Source: a virus (taxonomy: Duplodnaviria; Caudoviricetes). From it: 44,029 nucleotides of DNA. The stretch is taken from IMG/VR virus record IMGVR_UViG_3300033489_000020, positions 1 to 44,029 of that record; one strand, 5' to 3'. Below the pieces are notes generated by a model. It had not been told where the DNA came from. It ran no database searches and worked only from the letters and a program-made list of their open reading frames with translations. This document shows, piece after piece, positions 27,978-36,458 of the stretch. The translations under genes and the position numbers were made by a program. Positions within the stretch are counted from its first letter, which is position 1; the number at the start of each line of letters is the position of its first letter.

Positions 27978-28993
27978 GCACGATCCGCCTTTTCGACAAG
28001 ACAGGTGTACCCCTACAGGGTGGGGAGTTTGACGCGCTGGTTGATCGTTCCTGGGTGCTTAACGGAATCGGGCAGGCCAATATCACCATAGCCAAGACAG
28101 ACGCATCTTGTACCGATACTCTATTGAAATTTGGCAATCGCATCCTGATCCAAGAGGACGACATGGGATCGTGGGGAGGGGTAATCTTACCACCGCGCAA
28201 CTGGACAGCAGATGGCATCACGTTCACCGCATACACTATCGAAAAACTGCTAGAGCACCGCTATCCGGGCGCGTCAAGCTACACGGGCTACGCGGGGGAT
28301 ATCTTCGAGGATCTGATCTCTTCGGCTAACATCACAGAGGATACGCTGATCGACTTTGGAACAGCGTATGCTGGCGGTGAGAGCTGGACAGAGGAAACAA
28401 CAGACACTATCTATAAGGCGCTGGCGGCGATTGCCAAGCGAACAGGGCAAGACTGGGTGATTGAGCCGGGCATCGACAGTGTGGGCAAAATGGAATGGGC
28501 GGCGTATTGGCGATCCTCGCGCGGCGAAGACCTGAGTGAAAGCGTAGTGCTGGAAGAAGGAACACACTTCAAGATCGCCACCGGCCCGCTTTTGTCAGAG
28601 CAGGGGCCGATCTACAACTCGATCAAGCTGGTTAAGTATGACGGCGTTGGCATCACGACTACGGCAACGGCAACCGACGCTACAAGCATAGCGACGTACG
28701 GAACACTGCAAGGGTTGTTCAGCGAGACGGTGCCAACGGGGTACACGGCGCAAACATACTGTGACTACTTGCTGAGTGTATACAAGGAACCGCGTAAGAC
28801 GTTCAAGCTATCAGTTATCAACGACGAGGTTGATACGCTCAAGAATATCAGGCTCGGGAACACGATCAGCATATTGCTTGTTACGTATGGCTTCACCGGG
28901 AACGGGCTGGGGATAGAGATGCACGTTCGCATTATGGCAATGGAAGCAGACGAGCGCGACAGCACGCTAACGCTTGTCGTGAGTGAGGTATAG
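27974..28993 (+). CDS. Baseplate hub / Tal-like tail protein
   Basis: Position; DATSIATYG and IRLGNTI motifs. Confidence 0.65.
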   Translation: MSTIRLFDKTGVPLQGGEFDALVDRSWVLNGIGQANITIAKTDASCTDTLLKFGNRILIQEDDMGSWGGVILPPRNWTADGITFTAYTIEKLLEHRYPGASSYTGYAGDIFEDLISSANITEDTLIDFGTAYAGGESWTEETTDTIYKALAAIAKRTGQDWVIEPGIDSVGKMEWAAYWRSSRGEDLSESVVLEEGTHFKIATGPLLSEQGPIYNSIKLVKYDGVGITTTATATDATSIATYGTLQGLFSETVPTGYTAQTYCDYLLSVYKEPRKTFKLSVINDEVDTLKNIRLGNTISILLVTYGFTGNGLGIEMHVRIMAMEADERDSTLTLVVSEV

Positions 28994-28994
28994 C

Positions 28995-29240
28995 ATGAGC
29001 GATGAACTAATATCAGCAAAAGCGACAGAGGGAAACCTGCTGTCGCGTCTGGCCAGGATTGAGGATAGGTTGGCGCAGCTCGAGAAGAACCAACGCCAAC
29101 CGTTAACGCCTCCAACGTATTCCGCTACGAACGTTACAACAGATCGCGCATATAATGCGGATACTGTTGTTGTTGCAGAGCTGGCCGACGTCGTTGGGAC
29201 AATGATTGCAGACTTGAGATCCCAGGGGCGATTTCTATGA
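28995..29240 (+). CDS. Small tail-associated protein
   Basis: GAGG RBS; coiled segment; TMIADLRSQG. Confidence 0.6.
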   Translation: MSDELISAKATEGNLLSRLARIEDRLAQLEKNQRQPLTPPTYSATNVTTDRAYNADTVVVAELADVVGTMIADLRSQGRFL

Positions 29241-29686
29241 AACGGTACTATCTTCTTTTGGGCGTGTTTATGACACTTGCGGTCATTGTTGGGTTGGCAG
29301 ATCGCCGTAATATACAAGTGCAACCGCCAAAGCCAATTGTTACGATCATACCACAGTCAACAGCTGTATACGAGTGGGGAGAAATAGAGATCGAGCCATT
29401 TCTGTATGCTGTTCCGTTGGGAACATTCACCCCGTACAGCGACATAAGCGTATTTGATTTGCCAGTTGCCACTGCACAAGTTGTTGGTGTGCTTGTCGCT
29501 GGCGATGCGGTTGGCTATACATCAGAATATACATTCGATGGCGAAACTTGGCTGTGTGTTAAGTGGACGGTTGACGAAGATATTTCGTCGTGGAATTGCT
29601 CAGGATGGGTACCAGCAAGCGCAGGAACGGTTGATCGTGATTGGGAATATTCTCCAAACAGTGGCACAGCAAGTCAGGAGGCATAA
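29237..29686 (+). CDS. Membrane-anchored/secreted protein with SH3b-like domain
   Basis: Hydrophobic N-terminus; VFDLP...VVGVL..GD.V...WLCV...GWV. Confidence 0.55.
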   Translation: MKRYYLLLGVFMTLAVIVGLADRRNIQVQPPKPIVTIIPQSTAVYEWGEIEIEPFLYAVPLGTFTPYSDISVFDLPVATAQVVGVLVAGDAVGYTSEYTFDGETWLCVKWTVDEDISSWNCSGWVPASAGTVDRDWEYSPNSGTASQEA

Positions 29687-30468
29687 TGCACGGACGAGGA
29701 TCGCGTAGATATTTCTTTCCCACCATCGGCGTCGCCGGTGGCGGGCTATCAATAGCAGGGCGCATCCAGTCAATCGAGACGGCGAATTTGATTTCTTACA
29801 AGATACTAGGTGAGGCAAGTGGAACGGTAGCAGTTGATCAGATTAACTCTGCTATGAACGGGACGCATAACAATGTAACGCTTGCTCAACAAGGGATTGG
29901 AGGATACACAAGTGCGTCCTACAATGGAACAACGAGTAATACGTTGACATATACGGCAGCGTTAGCAGCGGCTTTTAATGGGGCCGCAGGGACGATCATA
30001 GCCTATGCAAAACCATCAGGCGCATCGATATGGACAGATGGCGCAGCAAGGTACGTGCGTAGATTATTCGCAAACTCAAACAATCAGATACGCATTTACA
30101 AAAGCACATCTAATAACACAATATACGCCAATTACACCGCTGGTGGAACGTCTAATGATGTGTCAACTACAGCATTCGGTGGTAATACTAGCTGGATGTT
30201 TTTAGCAATCACATGGGATAAGAATTCTGGAGCTACAGGGGAAGTAAAGTTTTACGGTAACGTAAGCGGAACCGTCGCCCAAATAGGAACAACACAAACC
30301 AGTCTCGGGACGTGGTCAGGCGCTATAGCAGACAATTACACGTCAATAGGATCTGCGGCCACAACACCTATTGCGTCACCTTGGTCTGGGCTTTTGCAGC
30401 ATATGCCAATATACACAAAAGCTCTTACTCTTGCGGAATTACAAATAATATATGGCAATGGAACATAG
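29686..30468 (+). CDS. LamG / concanavalin-A-like virion protein
   Basis: LGEASGTVAVD, WMFLAITWD, IYTKALTLAEL; AGGAGG RBS. Confidence 0.75.
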   Translation: MHGRGSRRYFFPTIGVAGGGLSIAGRIQSIETANLISYKILGEASGTVAVDQINSAMNGTHNNVTLAQQGIGGYTSASYNGTTSNTLTYTAALAAAFNGAAGTIIAYAKPSGASIWTDGAARYVRRLFANSNNQIRIYKSTSNNTIYANYTAGGTSNDVSTTAFGGNTSWMFLAITWDKNSGATGEVKFYGNVSGTVAQIGTTQTSLGTWSGAIADNYTSIGSAATTPIASPWSGLLQHMPIYTKALTLAELQIIYGNGT

Positions 30469-30477
30469 GGAGATAAA

Positions 30478-31563
30478 ATGCCAACAGTATATCCTGTATC
30501 AATAGACACAGAGGAAAACTGTGAAAACGAGGCTGTTCGCTCAATAGAGGTTACTTTGGGAAGTAACCCGCAATCATCATATGCTACCGTCTCTGCACGT
30601 ATTGATCATATAGACACAATGCTAGATGCTAGTCTTTTTAGGATGCAGGATTATGCAACGCCACAGTCCGCCATCGATGCAGCTGCTCTTGCTGGCGGTG
30701 GCATTGTTATTGTCCCGTGGGGGGTAACAAATTTATCGCTTGACGCCACAACTAGACGATTCCTGACGCTAAAGCCTAATGTTAGTTTGATTGGGCATGG
30801 GCCAAAGTCTGTTTTGCGCGTCCCTGATGGAGCTGGTAATTATTGTGCCATAATAGGAACATCTTCATCTGATACATGTGACGATCTTGCTGTATGTAGT
30901 CTAACAATCGACGGGAATCAGTCTGGGAATGGGCCATCATCTATTGATGACTTCGAGCCCGTTGGTGGGAGTTTCTCAGCCCCGCGGATGGCCATAAATT
31001 TACTGGGAAGCGGCAAGCGACCAACTGTGTCAGATGTCCATATTGTAAATCACGATAGTATAAACGCAATATGGAGTGGCCTGGATGACACTTGCGTATC
31101 AGGATGCAGAATAGACGCTATCTCTACATTCTCGCATGATCACGCATCAATCTATACACATTGCACAGGACAGCGCATTATTGCCAATATCGTTGACGGA
31201 AATTCTGTAATGCGAAGCGCGCTAGAAACACATGGAAATGAACAACTAGTGGCATGGAACACTGTTAGACGAGTTAAGAAGGGAATGTCTCTAACAGGGG
31301 TGTCCCCTCACGGTAGCTTTGGCGCAACAATTGTAGGCAATCAGTTTATAGATGTTGAGGCTGGTGTCAACATTTGGGCGCAAACATATCCTGGCGGCGA
31401 CACAATACAGGCATTTAGGGCACTTATAATCGATCAAAACATTGTGTGCCTTAATAAAACAATGTGGCCAGAGGCCAGTTTATCGTCTGGCATATGTCTA
31501 TATGCAATTGGCCAACAGCCACTAGACGCGCCGCAGGGGAACAATATTGTTCAATTGGTATAG
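30478..31563 (+). CDS. Pectate-lyase-like beta-helix protein (tailspike / depolymerase candidate)
   Basis: QSAIDAA..GGGIVIVP.G, NVSLIGHG, LTIDGN. Confidence 0.75.
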   Translation: MPTVYPVSIDTEENCENEAVRSIEVTLGSNPQSSYATVSARIDHIDTMLDASLFRMQDYATPQSAIDAAALAGGGIVIVPWGVTNLSLDATTRRFLTLKPNVSLIGHGPKSVLRVPDGAGNYCAIIGTSSSDTCDDLAVCSLTIDGNQSGNGPSSIDDFEPVGGSFSAPRMAINLLGSGKRPTVSDVHIVNHDSINAIWSGLDDTCVSGCRIDAISTFSHDHASIYTHCTGQRIIANIVDGNSVMRSALETHGNEQLVAWNTVRRVKKGMSLTGVSPHGSFGATIVGNQFIDVEAGVNIWAQTYPGGDTIQAFRALIIDQNIVCLNKTMWPEASLSSGICLYAIGQQPLDAPQGNNIVQLV

Positions 31564-31611
31564 GCAGGCTTGGGGGATCGACGAACGACTTAGCACCGCC
31601 AGCGTGCGGAA

Positions 31612-32130
31612 ATGGGTAACACTATGGAGTCATTGTGGATTAAACTAGCGGATGGTATACCAGCTGTGGCTGTCACGCTTATCATGTTTTTGATTGCCTA
31701 CATGGTTGTTTATCCAATCGTTAAGTTGATGGTCGAGAAATTCATCCCGCTAGCGGATCGCGTTATTGTTGTGCTTGAGGTACATGGCAAATCGAGCCAG
31801 CAGTTGGCCGAAACATTGCAGAGATCGTTGAGCGACCAGAGAGAACTGTTCGAGTTGCACATGAAAGAAAAGCTGGAGGAATTTTCCATGTTTGAAGATC
31901 GGATCAAAGCACTAGAACAGTTGTTGGAAGAGAAGGATAGGCGTATTCGCGCGCTTGAGACTGAACTCAGTGAACTCAAGAAAACAAATGGTGAGAGAAT
32001 AATAGAATTGCAGCAAGAGCTGGCTGCTGTTCGTGCTGAGCGCGACGACTTGCAAAAGCGCCTAAAGGTTCTCGAGGAACAGAACAAGCATGACAAGACG
32101 CGAAAAGAGAAGATAGCAAATGCTAAGTAA
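31612..32130 (+). CDS. Membrane-anchored coiled-coil protein (lysis accessory candidate)
   Basis: N-terminal TM segment and long coiled coil, upstream of the putative lysin. Confidence 0.6.
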   Translation: MGNTMESLWIKLADGIPAVAVTLIMFLIAYMVVYPIVKLMVEKFIPLADRVIVVLEVHGKSSQQLAETLQRSLSDQRELFELHMKEKLEEFSMFEDRIKALEQLLEEKDRRIRALETELSELKKTNGERIIELQQELAAVRAERDDLQKRLKVLEEQNKHDKTRKEKIANAK

Positions 32131-33205
32131 CTATCGCACAAGCGTCATCCTTGGTGACACACCAAAAGGCGTCAACATGCTGCTATCGTCTGGCGCTCGC
32201 CCGCCTGTCATCAAGATCCACAACAATATCAGCCACGCTCAAATTATACATGAGAAGCTTGGCAACGACACAATCATCATTGTGCGTATGACGGGGACTG
32301 AGGGCGTGTTTAACAGATCGAAGGCGGCAGCGGTTAACGCAGTTGAGTGGTGCACCGTCATGGAGCCCGCTTTTAAGCAGGCGCCTTATGTGTACTGGGA
32401 AGCAGGGCCGCCATTGCAGCCGTGCGACAACTGGTATCGCGATTGGTTGTTGGCTGCGATGAACTGGTGTCACGCGAGAGCGTTGCGTCTTTGTGTCATG
32501 ACAACAAGCGAGGGAACACCAGATGTTCCCAGCGCTGGCGTTGACGGTTGGGCGCCTATGTGGCCAGTTGTGCAACTGGCCGCTTCGTATGGCTATCTTC
32601 TGGGGCCACAAGCGTATTGGATAGATGGCAACATGGATGTAAATGACGATTGGCACATGTTCCGAATCTATCGCGCGTTTATGGACTATCCAGGCAAGTG
32701 GCCATCTGGAACGCGGATCGTGTTTACCGAAACGGGCATCGACCTGCGCAACGGCCTTGGTTGGCGTACTGCGCTGGGTGGTGACTGGCCACGTTATCGT
32801 GCCGGTCTTAAGCTGCTGAGTGAAGAGATAAAGCGCCGCCAGTGTCCGCCTGGTGTCCAAGTGGTAGGCGGTACGGTGTACGCTATCCACGAGGTAGACA
32901 ACGAATGGCGAGACTTTAATTACCTAGATCATCTCATGGATCAGATAGAAGATATAAGGTTGGAGCAGGGTATTGTCGAGGTGCCTCCATCTCCTGATCC
33001 TGAGCCGCCAGCGTATGGCATCAAGGAAGTTGTCATTTACAAAAATGGCTGCAATCAGCGCGAACAGCCTACAAGTTCCAGCACGAAGCTGGGATTTATA
33101 GCGCAAGGGACACATCTGGTGGTACAGTATCCACCAACGAATGATTACGTGCGTGTCATGGACAGAGGCTGGGTGTACGTGCCCAACCTACAGATTATAG
33201 GATAA
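32120..33205 (+). CDS. Putative endolysin: TIM-barrel glycoside-hydrolase-like domain plus C-terminal SH3b
   Basis: IVFTETG nucleophile-like motif, Pro linker, NQREQPTSSS..LG...GWV SH3b; next to holin-like gene. Confidence 0.55.
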   Translation: MLSNYRTSVILGDTPKGVNMLLSSGARPPVIKIHNNISHAQIIHEKLGNDTIIIVRMTGTEGVFNRSKAAAVNAVEWCTVMEPAFKQAPYVYWEAGPPLQPCDNWYRDWLLAAMNWCHARALRLCVMTTSEGTPDVPSAGVDGWAPMWPVVQLAASYGYLLGPQAYWIDGNMDVNDDWHMFRIYRAFMDYPGKWPSGTRIVFTETGIDLRNGLGWRTALGGDWPRYRAGLKLLSEEIKRRQCPPGVQVVGGTVYAIHEVDNEWRDFNYLDHLMDQIEDIRLEQGIVEVPPSPDPEPPAYGIKEVVIYKNGCNQREQPTSSSTKLGFIAQGTHLVVQYPPTNDYVRVMDRGWVYVPNLQIIG

Positions 33206-33215
33206 GGAGAATAAC

Positions 33216-33575
33216 ATGAGCCAATTTCTAGTGTTTATCGAGACGTTGTTGGGATTCATTCCTGCCGTTGCTGGGGCTGCAATTGCCATCGCCGCGCTTG
33301 TTGACGGATTGAAGAAGATAGGGTGGCTTAAGGATGGCTATGCGCCTTTGGCCAGTGGATTGCTTAACCTCGTGGTATTTGTCGCGCTGTTTTTCTTCGG
33401 AGACCAGTACGGCAAGGAAGTACAGAGCGTGCTTGATGGTATTGCAATCGTTGCGCCCGTCATCGTCTCTCTGCTAATTGCGCTGCTGTCAACCAGCAAG
33501 GCGCACGATTTGCTCAATAGCATCGGCCTTGGCTACAGCTACACAGATAAAAACGATGTGAAACTGCACGGATGA
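33216..33575 (+). CDS. Holin-like membrane protein
   Basis: About three hydrophobic segments; TAAGGAG RBS; follows lysin candidate. Confidence 0.7.
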   Translation: MSQFLVFIETLLGFIPAVAGAAIAIAALVDGLKKIGWLKDGYAPLASGLLNLVVFVALFFFGDQYGKEVQSVLDGIAIVAPVIVSLLIALLSTSKAHDLLNSIGLGYSYTDKNDVKLHG

Positions 33576-34153
33576 AGCATCTGTCTCGCCTCCTTATAAC
33601 GGTTGCGCTATCGGGGTGTGTTGTTACCCCGCCAGGTATCACCCGGACGGCGTTGACTCCTAGCGCCACGCTGGCGGAAACTGGCACGGATGTACCGTCT
33701 CCGACCGCTACGGCGCGTCTTGTGACAACACATGCTGTCACAGGTACAACCGCGCTTACTTCGACAGCGGAACAAGCGCCAACGTCAACTGTTGACTGGA
33801 GCGCCACACCAACGCGGATCACGCTCACGGCAAGCATCATTGAGGTGACGCAAATTGGCGGCTACCCTACGCAAGCGGCGGGACAAAAGATGCAGGACAT
33901 CGAGGGCGAATACTTGCCGTTCGGCGTGCTAAACGTGCGCTCGTGCGCGGAGGTGTCTGCCGCCTGCCGTGTGCTGGGGCAACTGTCGGGGAGTGTCTCG
34001 GTGCAGGTATACGGGATGATAGTCGGGTACCCTCAGGGAGATGTCTGGCTGTGCATTGATGGCCCGCCAGCGCCATATGTGAGCAGTGATTGTAATCTGG
34101 TGGTGGCGTATATCATCGCCAGACGAGAGTTTGGCAGTTTTGTGATATACTAG
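33572..34153 (+). CDS. Lipoprotein with Thr/Pro-rich linker and SH3b-like domain
   Basis: Lipobox LSGC; LNVRSC...VLGQL...WLCI. Confidence 0.7.
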   Translation: MKHLSRLLITVALSGCVVTPPGITRTALTPSATLAETGTDVPSPTATARLVTTHAVTGTTALTSTAEQAPTSTVDWSATPTRITLTASIIEVTQIGGYPTQAAGQKMQDIEGEYLPFGVLNVRSCAEVSAACRVLGQLSGSVSVQVYGMIVGYPQGDVWLCIDGPPAPYVSSDCNLVVAYIIARREFGSFVIY

Positions 34154-34412
34154 GAGAATAGGGCAGCATCGCCGGGCCAGATAACCGCGCACGCAGTCGT
34201 ACAAGATCGGCGATAACGTCTGCGCGATACACTAACTGGTGGCTACGCTTTCGCGGGTGCGTTGACTACGCTGCAAAATGTGTAGGAAAAGCCACTGCCC
34301 TATGCACACTCCACTCCCTACGGGAGACGGAGATCGGGATGCCAGCGGGAAGACAAGTAGGGGGATAACGCCCTTGCTCGTTGGCGTCCTGCATGTTTAG
34401 ACGCTAGCAAAT

Positions 34413-34444
34413 AAAAAACACCCCGCCAGTTATGGCGGGGTGTT
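34413..34444 (-). terminator. Intrinsic terminator between convergent operons
   Basis: AACACCCCGCCA-GTTA-TGGCGGGGTGTT stem; A-tract on the left gives a U-tail on the minus strand. Confidence 0.85.
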
Positions 34445-34445
34445 G

Positions 34446-34613
34446 TCACTTCTTGGCGCCCCATCTTGTCTGGGCGTCCTCTTTGCGTATGATCCATTGG
34501 CTACCAATCTTCCGCGCTGGTATCCACTTATTGAGGCACGCGCGCCGGATCACGCTTACCTCTCGCTTGTACAACTTACTTGCTTCGCTGACCGTGATGT
34601 AATCGTCAAACAT
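34446..34613 (-). CDS. Helix-turn-helix (HTH_17 / excisionase-like) protein, not in ORF track
   Basis: MFDDYITVSEASKLYKREVSVIRRACLNKWIPARKIGSQWII; TAAGGAG RBS. Confidence 0.8.
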   Translation of the reverse strand: MFDDYITVSEASKLYKREVSVIRRACLNKWIPARKIGSQWIIRKEDAQTRWGAKK

Positions 34614-34742
34614 GGCAACTCCTTATTGTCGATAAGATGACCTATCACTCGTGATTGTCCACACCTCCGAGGGGGGGCGAATGCCCCATGCCGGTCTGGC
34701 CGGCTGGCAGCAGGCCATGGATCGGCCTGATGTCATGCCTTG

Positions 34743-34940
34743 CTAGACATAGGCACCTGTCCAATAATCGTAAATCTCGATGAGCATTGCTTCTCCGAAG
34801 CCGTCCGGAAATCCTTCCACGCCAAAGCTCTCGTCGGCGTACTTCTCGGCGAATTCATCCGGCGTGTCGAAGGAGCTGAAGTAGATACCACGATTCCTCA
34901 TCCAACTTATCACGATATTGGCATACATCTCGCTGGTCAT
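34743..34940 (-). CDS. Small acidic hypothetical protein (cassette A)
   Basis: AAGGAAGG RBS; enclosed by IR pair. Confidence 0.75.
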   Translation of the reverse strand: MTSEMYANIVISWMRNRGIYFSSFDTPDEFAEKYADESFGVEGFPDGFGEAMLIEIYDYWTGAYV

Positions 34941-35065
34941 TTTGTGCCTTCCTTGTGGCTATCAGCAAACCGGATTGTCTGCTGCCAGACGTCCAGATCC
35001 GTACTTCGTCCACAACCCTGAGCAGGGGGCATTGCTGCCCGACTGCAAAACTGCTACGAGATTGT

Positions 35066-35371
35066 CTATTCACTTTCGAGAACCACATCAAAATCGCCGT
35101 CGGCAAGTTTTTCGAGTGCCCACATAGGCCCCCAGGTTCCCAGGATATAGAATACATCAGCCGCCAGCCCGCTATTGATTGGGTTGTCCAAATTGCGCTT
35201 GGCAATCTCCGGGATGTATTCCTCAAGCTCAGGAACGCGGTGATCGCTGTTCTTGAACTCAGATTCTGGATCGACTTTTTGATCGTCGATGGAGGGATAG
35301 TTGCTTCGATCAACTTGCACTGTAACCTTTTTGTTTTCTTCGTCGATTAAGATTGTGTATTCGAGTGACAT
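35066..35371 (-). CDS. Small acidic hypothetical protein (cassette B)
   Basis: AGGAG RBS; enclosed by IR pair. Confidence 0.75.
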   Translation of the reverse strand: MSLEYTILIDEENKKVTVQVDRSNYPSIDDQKVDPESEFKNSDHRVPELEEYIPEIAKRNLDNPINSGLAADVFYILGTWGPMWALEKLADGDFDVVLESE

Positions 35372-35466
35372 TGCATCTCTCTCCTGAGTATATAGCGGTT
35401 CTCAACGTCCGCTGCTCAGGGGTGTGGACTGTGCTAGTCTCTGAGTAGGGGGCTATGCCCCGCTAC

Positions 35467-35712
35467 CTAGAAAGGTGCTACCCCATCGCGCCGAGTTTTT
35501 GCATACTCGGTATCGGCTGGGTAGGTTCCATCGTGTACTTGTACATTATTCCAGTGAGTGAGTTCTGTTTGCCTCCATTGTTGTCTGCCGTCGCTGTATG
35601 TCTGCAACCACACTTTAATGGTTATAGTAACAACGCGCTTGTGCTGACCGTATGGGGTTTGTTCAGTCTCCTCTGTCTTAACGTTCCAAGTACCGGCGAT
35701 TAGGTTTCCCAT
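35467..35712 (-). CDS. Small hypothetical protein (cassette C)
   Basis: AAGGAG RBS before MGNLIAG; enclosed by perfect 18-bp IR. Confidence 0.75.
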   Translation of the reverse strand: MGNLIAGTWNVKTEETEQTPYGQHKRVVTITIKVWLQTYSDGRQQWRQTELTHWNNVQVHDGTYPADTEYAKTRRDGVAPF

Positions 35713-35803
35713 TGTAGTCTCCTTGAGTGGTGTGTGTAGCAAGTCCGCTACTCAGAGACTAGCACTGTGCTGAACAATGTAGGCGGCAAGTGCCGCCGGG
35801 GTG

Positions 35804-36052
35804 TTAGTGAACCAAAACGTATGTTGTTTTGAACTCACCTCCGACTGCGTCGGCTACCTTTAGCAGCGCATCGCTGTCGGCTATCATCTTTGAAATGATT
35901 GGCTCAGAAGTCATGCTCTGTCGCGCGTTATCTGATATACCGCTGTCGTTAAGAAAGACCTCGATGCGACCCAGGCCCATATTCTGAATGTTGTAATCCG
36001 ATACTTTAAGCCCAGCGTCTTTGATTGCTTTCCTTACTTCGTTTGTAGTCAT
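35804..36052 (-). CDS. Small hypothetical protein (cassette D)
   Basis: CAGGAG RBS before MTTNEV; enclosed by 26-bp IR. Confidence 0.75.
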   Translation of the reverse strand: MTTNEVRKAIKDAGLKVSDYNIQNMGLGRIEVFLNDSGISDNARQSMTSEPIISKMIADSDALLKVADAVGGEFKTTYVLVH

Positions 36053-36202
36053 TGTGTATCTCCTGTTTATTATTGGCTTCACTTGTCGTCTACATTGTCC
36101 AGCACTTGCGAAGTGCCCCTTCGCTTGTTTTCTCGCCATTTGGTGTGGGGCGGCCACCCCGGTTCTGCTTGCTCTTATTTGTTTCTCTCAACTTATAAAT
36201 AC

Positions 36203-36231
36203 AGTATACACGACTTCGTGCATAATGTCAA
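36203..36231 (-). promoter_or_regulatory. Strong leftward sigma70 promoter TTGACA-N17-TATACT driving the cassette array
   Basis: Near-perfect consensus on the minus strand. Confidence 0.85.
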
Positions 36232-36313
36232 TAGGCAAACACAACAAAAAGATAACAGTTTTAGAACGGGATTAGAACGGATATTACCCAATATCATAAC
36301 CTGCTTTTGCTCA

Positions 36314-36342
36314 TTGACATTCAGGACGTGATCGCTTATAAT
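36314..36342 (+). promoter_or_regulatory. Rightward consensus promoter TTGACA-N17-TATAAT
   Basis: Perfect consensus. Confidence 0.9.
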
Positions 36343-36348
36343 GGTAAG

Positions 36349-36453
36349 TGACGCCATAGCTTGTTCGTACCCTCTCGGGAAGCCTGGGCCTCACTAACGA
36401 ACAGCGATAGTGGCGTCAAGGCGCAGGTTTCCCGAGAGGGTTTTTGTTAGGAG
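36349..36453 (+). promoter_or_regulatory. Structured 5' leader (hairpin whose loop pairs with downstream sequence)
   Basis: 36349-36368 pairs with 36397-36418; 36369-36391 pairs with 36419-36441; then TTTT and TAGGAG. Confidence 0.65.
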
Positions 36454-36458
36454 AATGC

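Larger units (their letters stand above)
34657..36105 (-). repeat. Array of four inverted-repeat-enclosed single-gene cassettes plus one orphan arm
   Basis: IR pairs 34693-34713/34979-34999, 35008-35025/35412-35429, 35431-35448/35748-35765, 35767-35792/36080-36105. Confidence 0.85.

Noticed and set aside
34238-34296. Hammerhead ribozyme or tRNA-Cys
   Set aside because: Lacks the CUGANGA core and a T arm.
34657-36105. Cassette array read as an integron, CRISPR array or IS/MITE set
   Set aside because: No integrase, transposase or cas gene. Repeats are cassette-specific inverted pairs spanning genes, not locally folding attC sites or identical direct repeats. No target-site duplications are evident.
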